From NCBI GenBank assembly GCA_951406725.2, contig OX597823.1, forward strand, positions 61,628,001 to 61,692,000: 64,000 bases of DNA, given 5' to 3'. Positions 11,660 to 24,635 of this stretch are shown here, one piece after another. The notes under the pieces are model-generated. The model saw only the letters and a program-made list of their open reading frames with translations, was not told where the DNA came from and did not search any database. Each line of letters begins with the position of its first letter. The stretch's first letter is position 1. The position numbers and the translations under genes are program-made. This DNA is from Octopus vulgaris (lineage: Eukaryota).

Positions 11660-11958
11660 TGTTTCATTTTTGGATTTGATTTGCAAGATTCTTTATGTGA
11701 GTTTGTTTGTTGAAGCATATTCTGTTGTGTCTAGGGAGATTCATTTTCTTTTTGTGCCTTATAAGTAAATGCGCTCACAGTAATTTTTCCACTTATTCTT
11801 ATTTTCCTAAAATTTTCGCTGCATCTTGCAACCTTTTCAAGATGCAATGAAAATTTAGGAAAATAAAAATAAGAAATAAGTGGAAATTTTACCGGTGAGT
11901 GTGTTAAATTATAAGACACAAAAAGAAAATGACTCTCCCCAGACACAATGGAATATAC
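11660..11958. mobile_element. Fold-back repeat family (other copies 17728-18008 and 43358-43702)
   Basis: Arms ...ttccacttatttcttatttttattttcctaaaattttcgttgc / gcaacgaaaattttaggaaaataaaaataagaaataagtggaa... occur head-to-head in all three copies with different centres. Confidence 0.8.
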
Positions 11959-12498
11959 CTTGGATGTGCATTCTACTTGCATTTATTGGTGTCTGATTGT
12001 TTGGTATAGTAAACCAAATTTACTTAAATCTGAGTGCTTTATTGATATTTGCCTGGAGTTTTTAATACTTTTCCTCTTTCTTATATAAACTGGCACTTCA
12101 TCAGTTACAACAACAGGAGTTCCAGTTGATCCGATCAATGGAACATGCTGCTTGTGAAATTAATGCATAAGTGGCTGAGCACTCCACAGACACACATACC
12201 CATAACATATTTCTCAGGGATTCAGCATGTCATAGAATTTGACAAGGCTGGCTCTTTGAAATACAAGTACAACTTATTTTTGCAAGCTGAATGGTGCACC
12301 GTGAAATGAAGTGTCTTGCTGAAGGACACAGCACACTTCCAGGAATCGAACTCATGACCTTATGATTGTGAACCAAATACACTTAACCATTAAGCCCCGC
12401 ATCTTACATATATATATATATATATATATATATACAGGAAGCATATATATGTATGTATATATATATATACACACACATACATATACATACATATATAT

Positions 12499-12535
<37 letters not shown>

Positions 12536-12547
12536 TATATGTATACA

Positions 12548-12990
12548 CGCTAAGAGCACCATCTGAGCATGATTGCTGCCAGAGCAACTGACTGGCTTCC
12601 GTGGCAGTGGCACATAAAAAAGCACCATTCAAATGTGATCGTTACCACCATCTTCCTAGTAGCACTTGTGCCGGTGGCATGTGAAAAACATTCGAGGGAG
12701 GTCGTTGCCAGTGCTGCTGAACTGGCTCCTATGCAGGTGGCACATAAAAAACACCACTTCAGTGTGGCCGTTGCCAGTACTGCCTGACTGGCCCTTGTGC
12801 TGGTGGCATGTAAAAGCACCCACTACAGTCTCGGAGTGGTTGGCACTAGGAAGGGCATCCAGCTGTAGAAACTCTGCCAGATCAAGATTGGAGCCTGGTG
12901 CAGCCATCTGGTTCGCCAGTCCTCAGTCAAATTGTCCAACCCATGCTAGCATGGAAAGCGGATGTTAAACGATGATGATGATGATGATGA
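12548..12990 (+). mobile_element. RTE LINE 3'-end fragment with degenerate ~60-65-bp repeats and (ATG)n tail
   Basis: Shares ggaagggcatccagctgtagaaac...ccaacccatgctagcatggaaagcggatgttaaac(gat)n with the RTE at 15106-16578. Further tails at 400-612, 7918-8147 (two), 33592-33915, 34380-34570, 44727-44895, 47767-48108, 54745-55060. Confidence 0.85.
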
Positions 12991-13035
12991 CATACACATA
13001 TACACACACATATATATATATACACACACAAAGAT

Positions 13036-13069
<34 letters not shown>

Positions 13070-13249
13070 GAATATGTACATACATACATATTTAAATATA
13101 CACACACGCATATATATGCATATATATTTATAGAAGTCTGATAACACCTAGAGAATCAACAGCAGTATTTGTCTGATATCTAGTACTTATTTTTTACCAA
13201 CTTGCCAACATGGGACTCTCAACATCACCACTTTCATTTAAACTGATAG

Positions 13250-13720
13250 AAATTAAATAATTAATGTTGACATGTGTTAAAGAGTTAATTAATAGGTTAG
13301 TACTGAAATGTGAGTGTTAATTAACAGAATGATATTGGAATATGTATGTGAGTTAATAGATTGTTATTAAAATATGTGAGAGAGGGAATTGATTAAGAAG
13401 GTGATGTCAAAATATATGAGTTAATTAATAGAATAATATAGAAGTAGGAGGGAGTTAATTAATAGATTATCAATGATATTTCAGTGTTAATCAATAGATG
13501 AATGTTAAAATGTGTGTGAGTTAATTAACAGGTTGATATTAAAATATTAAAATACATAAAAGAAAATTAATAAAGTAATATTGAAATTTGAGAGTTTGAT
13601 GTAAAAAATAAATATCAAATTATGAGAAAATTGATTAAGAGAATAACAGAAATATGTGAGAATGTTAATTAACAGGTAAATTTTGACATATGGGAGTTGC
13701 TCAATCAATAAATTAATAAT
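13250..13720. repeat. Degenerate ~33-36-bp minisatellite rich in GAGTTAATTAA; resumes at 18460-18840
   Basis: Recurrent gagttaattaatag...atattaaaatatgt units. Confidence 0.75.
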
Positions 13721-15104
13721 GATTTCAAATTTTGGTTGGAGGCCAGTAATTGCAGGGAAGGGGGCAAGTTGATTACATTGACCCCAGTACTTAACTGATA
13801 CTTATTTTATTGACCCTAAAAGGAAGAAAGGCAAAGTTAACCTCAGAATTTGAACTCAGAATGTAAAGATGGACAAAATGCTGCTAAGTATAATGCCTGG
13901 CACGGTAATGATTCTACCCTAATTCATGAATTAATATTGGTTTCAAATTTTTGCACAAGGCCTGCAATTTCAGGAGTTGGGTATACGTTGATTACATCAA
14001 CACTAGTACTTAACTGGTACTTATTTTATCAACCTGGAAAGGATTAAAGACAAAGTCTTGATAGAATTTAAATTCGAAGTGTTGAAATGGGAGAAATGCT
14101 ACAAAGTATTTTGTCTCATAATGATTCTGCCAGTTCACTACCCTAATTAATGGATTAATATTGGTCTTAAATTTTGGCACAAAGCCAGCAATTTAAGAGG
14201 AAGGGTTTAAGCTGATTACATCAACCCCAGTGTTCAACTAGTACTTATTTCATCAATTCTGAAAGGATTAAGGGCAAAGTCAACTTCAGCCAAACTAATA
14301 GATTAATATTAAGAAAAATACATGTATGTGTGTGTTATTCTTATGAGGTCAACTTTGCCTTTCATCCTTTCGGGGTTGATGAATTAAGTACCAGTTGAGG
14401 ACTGAGGTTAACGTAATTGACTAACCATTCCCTCCCTAAAACTTTCAGGACTTGTGTCTATAGTGGAAAGAATATTAGTAAGTGTGATATCAAATTAATA
14501 GACTAATTTTGAAATGTGAGAGAATGACAAGCTTGCAGAAACAATTCTTAACAAATTTACCTTGCAGAATTTAGTTTCATTTCTTGTTCCGAGACCAAAC
14601 CTTGCCAGTTTTAGGTTTAGAATGGTTTACACTAATACTAATTCTTGATTGTGTCGACTGACACTATTCTTCACAAAATCTGTGAGCACATCAAGAGAAC
14701 TTACTCTAGGTATTGCAGGTGCGGGCATGAACCTGTAGTTAAGAAGTTTGCTTCTCAACCACATGCTTTTGGGTTCAGTCCTACTGTGTGGTACACTGAG
14801 CTAGTGTCATCTACTAAAAGCCTTATGAGTGGATTTCAGTAAACAAGAAGCTGAAAGGTGGTGAGCTGGTAAAAACGTTAGTACGCTGGGTGAAATGCTT
14901 AGCGGTATTTTGTCTGCCGCTATCTTCTGAGTTCAAATTCCACCAAGGTCGACTTTGCCTTTCATCCTTTTGGGTAGATAAATTAAGTACCATTTATGTA
15001 CTGGGGGCGATGTAATTGACTTAATCCCTTTGTCTGTCCTTGTTTGTCCCCTCTATGTTTAGCCCTTTGTGGGCAATAAAGAAATAAGAAACTGAAAGAA
15101 GCCT

Positions 15105-15105
<1 letters not shown>

Positions 15106-15136
<31 letters not shown>

Positions 15137-16578
15137 TTAGCGTCTGTTTTCCATGCTAGCATGGGTTGGACGGTTTAACTGGGGTCTGTGAAGCCGGAAG
15201 GCTTCATCAGGCCCAGTCAGATTTGGCAGTGTTTCTACGGCTGGATGCCCTTCCTAACGCCAACCACTCCGTTGAGTGTTGTGGGTGCTTTTTACATGCC
15301 ACTTGCACAGGTGCCAGACAGAGCTGGCAAACGGCCACAAACGGATGGTGTTTTTTTTCGTGCCACCGGCACGGGGGCCAGGAAATGCTGGCAATGGACA
15401 CAAACGGATGTTGCATTTATGTGCTACCAGCATGGGGGCCAGGCGAGGCTGGCAACGGACATGAACGGATGGTGCTTTTATGTGCTACCGGCACGGGGGC
15501 CAGGCGAGGCTGGCAACGGACATGAGCGGATGGTGCTTTTACATGCCAACGGCACGGGGGCCAGGCGGGGCTGGCAATGGACACGAACGGATGGTGCTTT
15601 TACGTGCTACCAGCACGGGGGCCAGGTGAGGCTGGCAACGGACACGAGCGGATAGTGCTTTTACGTGCCAACGGCACGGGGGCCAGGCGAGGCTGGCAAC
15701 AGACAAACGATCGGATGGTTCGCTTAACCACAGCTGCAATTTCCACTGATGTTGATTTGGTTTGATTTTGACTGTTCTCACTGGTCTTGTCGGGTCTTCT
15801 CACGCACAGCATACTTCCATAGGTCTCGGTCTCTAGTCATTTCCTTGGTGAGACCTAAAGTTCGAAGGTCGTGCTTCACCACCTCGTCCCAGGTTTCCCT
15901 GGGTCTACCTTTTCCACAGGTTCCCGCAACTGCTAGAGTGTGGCACTTTTGCACACAACTATCTTCACCCATTCTCGTCATATGCCCATACCAGTGCAGA
16001 CGTCTCTCTTGTACACCACAACTGATGCTTCTTAGGTTCAAATTTTCTCTCAAAGTACTTACACTCTGTCGATTATGAACACTGACATTACACATCCATC
16101 GGAGCATACTGGCTTCATTTCTTGCAAGCTTACGCATATCCTCAGCAGTCACAGCCCATGTTTCACTACCATGTAGCATGGCTGTACGTACACATGCATC
16201 ATACAGTCTGCCTTTTACTCTGAGCGAGAGGCCTTTTGTCACCAGCAGAGGTAAGAGCTCCCTAAACTTTGCCCAGGCTATCCTTACTCTAGCCGTTACA
16301 CTTTCAGCACCCCCACCCCCACTACTGACTTGGTCACCAAGATAACGGAAGCTATCAACTACTTCTAGTTTTACCCCCTGGAAAGTGACGGAAGTTGTTT
16401 TCTGCAGACTTTCAGATGTTAATGCTCCCAAGCATCTGCCACATACAAAAACCATCTTCCTAGTTAGCCTTCCTTTGACATTGCTGCACCTCTTATGTGT
16501 CCATAGCTTACACTTGGTGCATCTTATAGAGTTTCTACCTACACCTTTTCTACAGATCGAGCAGGGCCATCTACCTGA
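15106..16578 (-). mobile_element. 5'-truncated RTE-clade LINE: PHD finger, RT C-terminus, 3'UTR tandem array, (ATG)n tail
   Basis: Open frame 16578-15778: GRWPCSICRKGVGRNSIRCTKCKLWTHKRCSN...VCGRC then LEVVDSFRYLG, LHGSETW, RRLHWYGH, GRPRETW (RTE signature motifs); tail (cat)n at 15106-15136. Confidence 0.92.
15290..15720. repeat. 61-bp GC-rich tandem array (~7 units) in the RTE 3'UTR
   Basis: Unit gtgcYaccggcacgggggccaggcgaggctggcaacggacacgaRcggatggtgcttttac recurs at 15361, 15422, 15483, 15544, 15605, 15666. Confidence 0.92.
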
Positions 16579-16618
16579 AATTTATATTAATATGTTTGTG
16601 CATGTGTATATGTGTGTG

Positions 16619-16661
<43 letters not shown>

Positions 16662-17396
16662 TTATATGTTTGTTTTGTTCTTTCTCAAGTCAAGCTTAAC
16701 TAATAGGGACCAGTTTCATTGGGAATTAGGTACCCCACCTGAACGGGATGCCAGTCCATCACAGATGAGCTGCTAGATGCAGGAAGAAAGAGTGAGAGAA
16801 AGTTGTGGCAAAAGAGTCAGCAGAAGTTCACCATTACCTTCTGCTGGAGCCATGTGGAGCTTAGGTGTTTTGCTCATAAACACACACATCACCCTGTCTG
16901 ATAGTGGAAACCATGATCCCTTAACAAGTCTGCTGCTCTAATCACAAGGCCATGTGCCTCCACATACACACACCCAGAGGTCCATTGCACTTGTGTGATG
17001 GTGGTGGTGGTGAAGTGGCAGTGATGATGATGGTGATGATGATGATGATGATGATGACAAGGTGGAGGATTATCACTTTAGATTAACCCAAGAGAACATC
17101 AGATCAAGATATATATATATATATATATAATCATCATTCTAGACATATCCACATGTCCCAGAAAGCATGGAGTGGACTCATTGAAAAGAGGCATCACACT
17201 GAACTGGACTTATGCCAAAGATCATTAACCTGGAACTATACCAGAGAACACAGACAAACATGTCCCTAAGAGCCTCAGCTGGACTTATCCCAGAGAACAC
17301 CAAGCTGACTTATGCTAGACAGTGACAGTGCTGGTTGAGGTGAACAATGTATGAGAACAATGTATGAGAACAATGATGATGATGAAGCATTGGCAC

Positions 17397-17453
<57 letters not shown>

Positions 17454-17531
17454 TTTTTCCCAAGTGTCAAACTAATACACTTGCTTGTTGTTCATACACC
17501 TGTTTTCGTCCTTTGTTTTTCTATAAATTTC

Positions 17532-17566
<35 letters not shown>

Positions 17567-18059
17567 CATACATACATACATACGTACGTACGTGTGTGTG
17601 TGTGTGTGTGTGTGTATGCTTATCTATATATATGTGATGGCTTTTTACAATTCTGTAAATGATAATAATATTATTTTATAAGCTTAAAGCTTATAAAATA
17701 TTATTAATATATATGTATGTATCTACATTTCGCTTTTTGATTTGGTTTGCAAGATTCTTTATGTGAGTTCGTGTGCTGGAACCATAATTTGTTGTGTCTG
17801 GGGAGAGTCATTTTCTTTTTGTGCCTTATAATTTAACATACTCACCGGTAAAATTTCCACTTATTTCTTATTTTTATTTTCCTAAAATTTTCATTGCCTC
17901 TTGTACCCTTTTCAATAGTCTTGAAACAAGACTATTGAAAAGGTTGCAAGACGCAACGAAAATTTTTGGAAAATAAAAACAAGAAATAAGTGGAAATTTT
18001 ACCAGTGGAAAGTGGATTTAGTTGATCGAAACTGAAAGAAGCCATTGTGTGTGTGTGTG

Positions 18060-18233
<174 letters not shown>

Positions 18234-20774
18234 TGGGTGTATGCAAATGTGTGTTTCTGTACTTGTTCCCTACCATCAATGTCAGGGTGTTTGCATTCCT
18301 GTAACTTGGCAATCTGACAAAAGAGACCAGGCTTATAAAAAAGAAATTAGTATTGGAGCCGACTCATTCAACTTAACCTTCTTCAAGGCAGTGCCCCAGC
18401 ATGGCCACACTCTAATGACTGAAACAAGTGAAAGAAGATAAAAAAAAGGCATGTGTGCAAAGTTAATTAATTGATTAGTATTGAAATGTTTTTGGTAATT
18501 AATGGAATAATATTGGAATATGTGAGAGAGTTAATAGATAAATATTAAAATATGTGTGACCGGGAGTTAATTAAGAGACTGATACTGAAATATGAGTTAA
18601 TTAATGGAATAGTGTGGAAGCAGAAGAGAGTTAATTAATTGATTGTTAATGATATTTTAGAGTTAATTAATATACTTTTCTACTTTAGGTACGAAATTTT
18701 GGGGGAGGGGTCCAGTCGATTAGATTGACGCCATGATGCAACTGGTACTTAATTTATTGACCCCCAAAAGAATGAAAGGCAAAGCTGACCTCGGTGGAAT
18801 TTGAACTCAGAGAGTTAATTAATATAAACTTTAAAATGTGTGAACTTATCCCAAAATGTATTACATCAGACTCATCTTAGAAAGAGCACAGGTGGACTTA
18901 TCCAAATGAACATTATGAAACTACATCAGTTATAACAATGTGGTTTCCAGTAGATCCGATCAACAAGAACAGCCTGCTCACGACAGATATGCATACCCTC
19001 AACATAGTTCTCAGGGAGATTCAGTGTGACACAGGATCTGATAAGGCTGGCCCTTTGAAATACATGTACTATGCATTATTGCCAGCTGAATGGAACGGGG
19101 CAGCATGAAATAAAGTGTCTTGCTCAAGGACACAACAAATCACTGGGTATCAAACTCACAACCCTAGGATCATGAACTATGTACCTCTAACCACTAAACC
19201 ACACACATTCACAGTGAACATTATATTAGCAGACTTATCTCACAAAGCTTTGCAACCAATCATTTTTTGTGGTGAATCCATTTACCTATTTTTTACAGAT
19301 TTTGATGTTGTTGTTTAGACACCCAGTGATAATCCTCCACCTCGTCATCATCATCATCATCATCATCATCACCATCATCATCACTGCCACTTAACCACCA
19401 CCACCACCACCATCACACAAGTGCAATGGACCTCTGGGTGTGTGTATGTGGAGGCACATGGCCTTGTGATTAGAGCAGCAGACTTGTTAAGGGATCATGG
19501 TTTCCAATATCAGACAGGGTGATGTGTGTGTTTATGAGCAAAACACCCCATCTTTTATTCAAATATAGTTTATCTCCAACTACATTATGATATTTTTAAT
19601 AGTGGTAGTTGTCTTTGGGAGTGAAGTTGATTAAAATAGTATATGTATCATGATTAATGTATATATATACACCATTGATAGGCTAGTAACTGCAGTATTC
19701 ATCCTGAGATACCATGTTTTATAGACATGCTGTGTTAAAAATACTCTAAATATTATCTCCATCCAATATTTATTGTATTTATAACACAACACATGCATTA
19801 GAGAAGTTATCTCAGGACAAATACCACAGTACCCGGGTATCAATCATGTATATACATTATGTATAATATACATATGACTATATTTTAATTTATGCTGCCT
19901 GAGTTACGTATATTAAATCTTTATTCAGCCTGGTGTTAATTGTTGTAATTGTTGTGGTTGATGAGGCTCTTCACAATTGCTAGAAATAACAACCAAATTT
20001 CGCTCAGATCATACTCTAATGTCATAAATATAAGGAAAGAATTCATCAAACAATGTAGTCCTTGATATAAAAAAGAGACAGGCTAGAAAGGTCTTAATCA
20101 TGGGTCTATTCAAACGAGGCTGATTTTGGGGTTAAGCAACAACATTAGCCGCATACAGATGTAAAAGTTAACAAATTTACAAATTTACCAAAGATGAAAA
20201 AGAAAAGAAAAGAACAAAGCGGCATTGAAAATAAAAAATGGTTGTAAGATTGTGGAAACTAATTTGCAATACCCTGAGAATCTTACATCAACTCATTTAG
20301 ATATAGAATTTATGTCTTATGACTGTTATTTAATAATGGTGTAGATTTATTATCATTAAAATGTCAGACAAGTGAGTGGTAGTGGTGGTGGTGCAGGGAG
20401 TTCCGAGATGATGCACATCAAAGCTAATGTTGTCCTAACTTGTGTTGACATTGATCAAATTCAATGTGACATGGCGGAAGTTTTAGATGACATTTGTATA
20501 AATCAATATAAATGCAACCGAGGTTAGATATATCATATTTGGATAATCTAAGTTGACATTATATAGATCACAGTCTGAATTATATAATTCCTTAATTCTG
20601 TCTCCTAGTTGTTCTTGTTGTTGTTATGTTATTGTTGCTATTTAACCTTAGGCAGAGTGTGGCAAATCAGAAGAATTCTTAGAGTGACGCGAAAAAAAAA
20701 ATTTGCCTTGCAGCATTTGTTTTGGCTACTTTGCATTCTGAGTTCAAATCCTACACAAATTATTATTATTATGA

Positions 20775-20805
<31 letters not shown>

Positions 20806-20824
20806 TACTATTATTATTATTATT

Positions 20825-20970
20825 ATTGACTTTTGCTTTACATTTGTACAAGTTGGCTCCAAGTCTCACCCAGAGACCTCAAGAGAGAACAAGTTGGAAG
20901 TTCATGTTGGTGTTATGTCAAGGGTGCCATATATTTGGTTTTGTACTTAGTGTTGTACTAGTGAATGTCT
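20825..20970 (-). mobile_element. Probable 3' end of a (TAA)n-targeting Dong/R4-like LINE
   Basis: Unique GC-richer segment embedded in (ATT)n on both sides; on the minus strand it ends gtctctgggtgagacttgg...gtc(aat)n. No ORF evidence. Confidence 0.4.
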
Positions 20971-20989
20971 ATTATTATTATTACTGTCA

Positions 20990-21044
<55 letters not shown>

Positions 21045-21064
21045 TATTATTAATATTATTATTA

Positions 21065-21548
21065 TCGAGTGAGAGAGCAGTTCATGCCATCAAAGTGACA
21101 CTGGGGTAAAATATACGAAGCCCAATATACCCATCATGACTACCCGTCTGATAAGGGTACACCAGGCACATGCATCACAACCATATATGCGCGACATGGT
21201 GATCTCATATCAAGATAAACAGCACATGACCTTGCAGGTGGGGCCCAGTTAGAATTTTCTTCAGGTTGAGTAGCCCATCCTGCTCAAAGGGTCCCTGAAT
21301 AAGAGTTGTTTAAGGATGTTGAAAGAACCACCCATGTTTCCAGAGGTGAATTATTCAAACCCCAAAGAATCCCTCTCAACACATAGCTATGATGCTCCCC
21401 CACTACTTCTGCTCGTGATCAGAGATGCACATATTGTCAGCCACTAAGGGACATGCTCAACTGGTTAAGGTCAAATAACTGACAAGCAAATCTGTGGTAT
21501 TGAGCAGAATATTTGCTGTAGCCCATCTTTTATACCAAGACAAAACAA

Positions 21549-21600
<52 letters not shown>

Positions 21601-22054
21601 TTTTATTATTACTATAGTAGATGTTGCATGATATACAATATCATGAGGTTGTTGACTGAAGATATTGTGTCTACCGGGAGTTTGTACTGTTTGTCAAGTC
21701 ACAACAAGGACCTCAGACAGATAGTACTTTATGCAATATGCGTACAGTTACAAGTAATGCCGACTTTTGCAAGGTGGATTATATAGTCATTGGTGATGTC
21801 GCAACTCATTTCTACAGCTGAGTGAACTGGAGCAACGTGAAATAAAGTATCTTGCTCAAGAACACAACATGCAGCCACTAAGGGACATGCTCAACTGGTT
21901 AAGGTCAAACAACTGACAAGCAAATCTGTGGTATTGAGCAGAATATTTGCTGTAGCCCATCTTTTATACCAAGACAAAACAATGTACATGATAACACTTC
22001 CAATCAGTTAAGATCAGAAGCCATGAGAGCCACTGCCTGGTACTGCATCAGGGC

Positions 22055-22058
<4 letters not shown>
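21065..22058. mobile_element. Unclassified interspersed element inserted in (ATT)n, interrupted by a templated insertion
   Basis: GC-richer block bounded by (ATT)n; internal direct duplication 21438-21549 / 21872-21983. Confidence 0.5.
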
Positions 22059-22114
<56 letters not shown>

Positions 22115-23422
22115 CATCATCGTCATTTAATGTCTTTCTTCCATCCTTGCATAGGTTGGACGGATGAAAAGGACACAACAAGCCAGAAGGTTGTGGCCAG
22201 TTCCAGTGTCTGCTCTGGCATTGTTTTCTAATGCCAACCATTTTGCAGAGAGTACTGGATGCTTTTTCTTTTTTTTGGCTCATAGCACTGGCACAAGTGA
22301 AGTTATCAAGTAACTTGCAAGACAAAAATCCTCCTTAACTGAGTGGGGTGGATGTAATAAAGGAAAAGGTGGCTGTATCTCAAAATCTTGTTTACCTTCT
22401 GCCTAATTAGCTACAATTATTTAACCATTGGCTAAAAAAATAAGAAACTCTACAGATGAAGATTCATTAGAATGTCAGACAAGTCACCTTGCTTTATTTG
22501 TTCCAGACCTTTACTTTCTGAGTTCAAATATGGCCAAGGTCAGCTTTGCTTTCATTCTTTGAGGGCCAATAAAATAGAGTACTTGTCAAGTAATATCAGC
22601 AACTATTTCCCCTCTCCCCAAATTTGTGGGCTGAAACCTCAGCTGGAAATGATTATTTGGCACTGGACCAGCAATGATTGAGCAGGCATGAGATTAAATA
22701 GGTTCCAGCTATGACCATCCCATCTTTTACTTAAACAATGTATCTGAGACTACCTTTCTGTCTTCTGAATTATAGATTTTTAAAAACAATAGAAATGATA
22801 TGAAGGAAGTTTGGCTGTTATTTCTAGCCGGCCAAACAACTGCCTGATTGTTGTTGTTGATGTTGTTGTTGTTAATACTGTTGTTGCATTTGTTATTGTT
22901 GTTTAGCTCCAGTTTGAACAGGCTTATGAACAAAGACTCTCCTGTTATGACAACCCTTCCTGTTATTTTGTAGATCCAGTACAAGGTTATCCAATGACCC
23001 TTTCCTTTTTTAAAGGAGTTGAGTGTGATTTGAGGGAGCTTTGACTGCAATATCTGGCAGGCTGAGTAACCATGTGAAGAGTGAGTGTCTTCTATTATAG
23101 CCTTGGGCCAACCAAAGCCTTGTGAGTGGATTTGGCAGATAGAAACTAAAACAAGCCTGTCGTGTGTGTGTGTGTGTGTGTGTGTGCGTACGTGTATGTG
23201 TGTTCGTGTGCCCATGTTTGTCACCCCACCATCACTTGACAACCAATGCTGATATGTTTACATCCCAGTAACTTAGTGGTTCAACAAAAGAGACTGATAG
23301 AATAAGTACTAGGCTTACAAAGAATAAGTCCTGGGGTCGATTAGCTTGATTAAAGGCGGTGCCCCAGCATGACCACAGTAAAATGACTGAAACAAGTAAA
23401 AGAATATATGTATGTGCGCGTG

Positions 23423-23457
<35 letters not shown>

Positions 23458-24421
23458 GATGGGCTTCTTTCAGTTTCTATCTACCAAATCCACTCACAAG
23501 GCTTTGGTCAGTCCAAGGCCATAGCAGAAGGCACTTGCCCAAGGTGCCATGCAGTGGGATTGAACCCAGAACCATGTGGCTGGGAAGCAAACTTCTTACC
23601 TCACTGCCAGTGTCTATCTATCTTGGATATATTCTATTCAGGATAACTGTTAACATATCTTATTTTTTTCTTTCACTTTTGATTGAATTTGTTTATTTTA
23701 ATCACAAAATCACAGCAAATTACAATGTATACAGAGAAAATGTAAAGAATAAAATATTTATGGTCAAGGGTTGTTGGTAAACCAAAATTAGTAGCAGGAT
23801 GTCAAGGCACCCTTTGTGGTTTTGTATATCTGAATAACTAAAACAACAGAATAACTAAAACAAAACAATAATGATAAGCTTGTGAGAAAAATCAATTTAC
23901 AAAGAAGTGATTTGCATAGGACAAAAGCTGTAATCTAATTATGAATGAATGCTGTGTATATGATTAACAAGTACAAAGCTAACAGATACTACAGGAGTCA
24001 ATGGTCTTGTAGGAATTAATAGTTTCTGTTTGAAAGTGAAGTGCTGTGTTTTAATATGCTATGTTGATGTTTTATTTTTATTACTTGCAACTTTATGAAG
24101 GTATTTTTTAAGTGGGTTTATCTTATTAGGAATAATACTCAAAATGGATTGAAAAAATACGTGTGTGTGTGTGTGTGTGTGCATGAGTGTGACCTAGTGG
24201 TTAGACAATTGGACACATATCCATGAGGTCATTTTTATTAGAGTGGCACATTGCGTCTTTGGGTAGGGCACTTTACTTCACATTGTTCCAGTTTGCTTAG
24301 CTAGCAAAAAAAAAAATTAGTATTATGACTGACAGGGCCCTTGATTAGCATCAAGTTAATGGTACAGCATCAACAAGTCAGTTAGATCTTTCATGAACCC
24401 TTAGACTCATAATGCTGGAGT

Positions 24422-24635
24422 TTAACCCTTTAGCATCTAAATCTGTCATATCTGGCCCAAATATTCTATCTGTTTTATGATTTGGCTTTTCACACCTACC
24501 TTACCATGTCATTCTAAAAACAAACAAACACTTCATCAAAATCTCAACGCTATGAGATAATGCATGATTAATTCAAAGCAATGTGAACAAACAAGTATTA
24601 CCTTTGACAGAGTAATCTAAATGCTTAAGAGTTAA
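24422..24635. mobile_element. piggyBac-type MITE (TTAA-CCCTTTAGCA termini)
   Basis: ttaaccctttagcat...atgcttaagagttaa; related copies 46478-46702, 45195-45690 (with SINE inserted), 43850-44075, partial 38562-38620 and 39190-39285. Confidence 0.75.

Noticed and set aside
12548-12830. CRISPR-like repeat/spacer appearance (also 15290-15720)
   Set aside because: Eukaryotic LINE 3'UTR; the spacers are homologous to each other and there are no cas genes.
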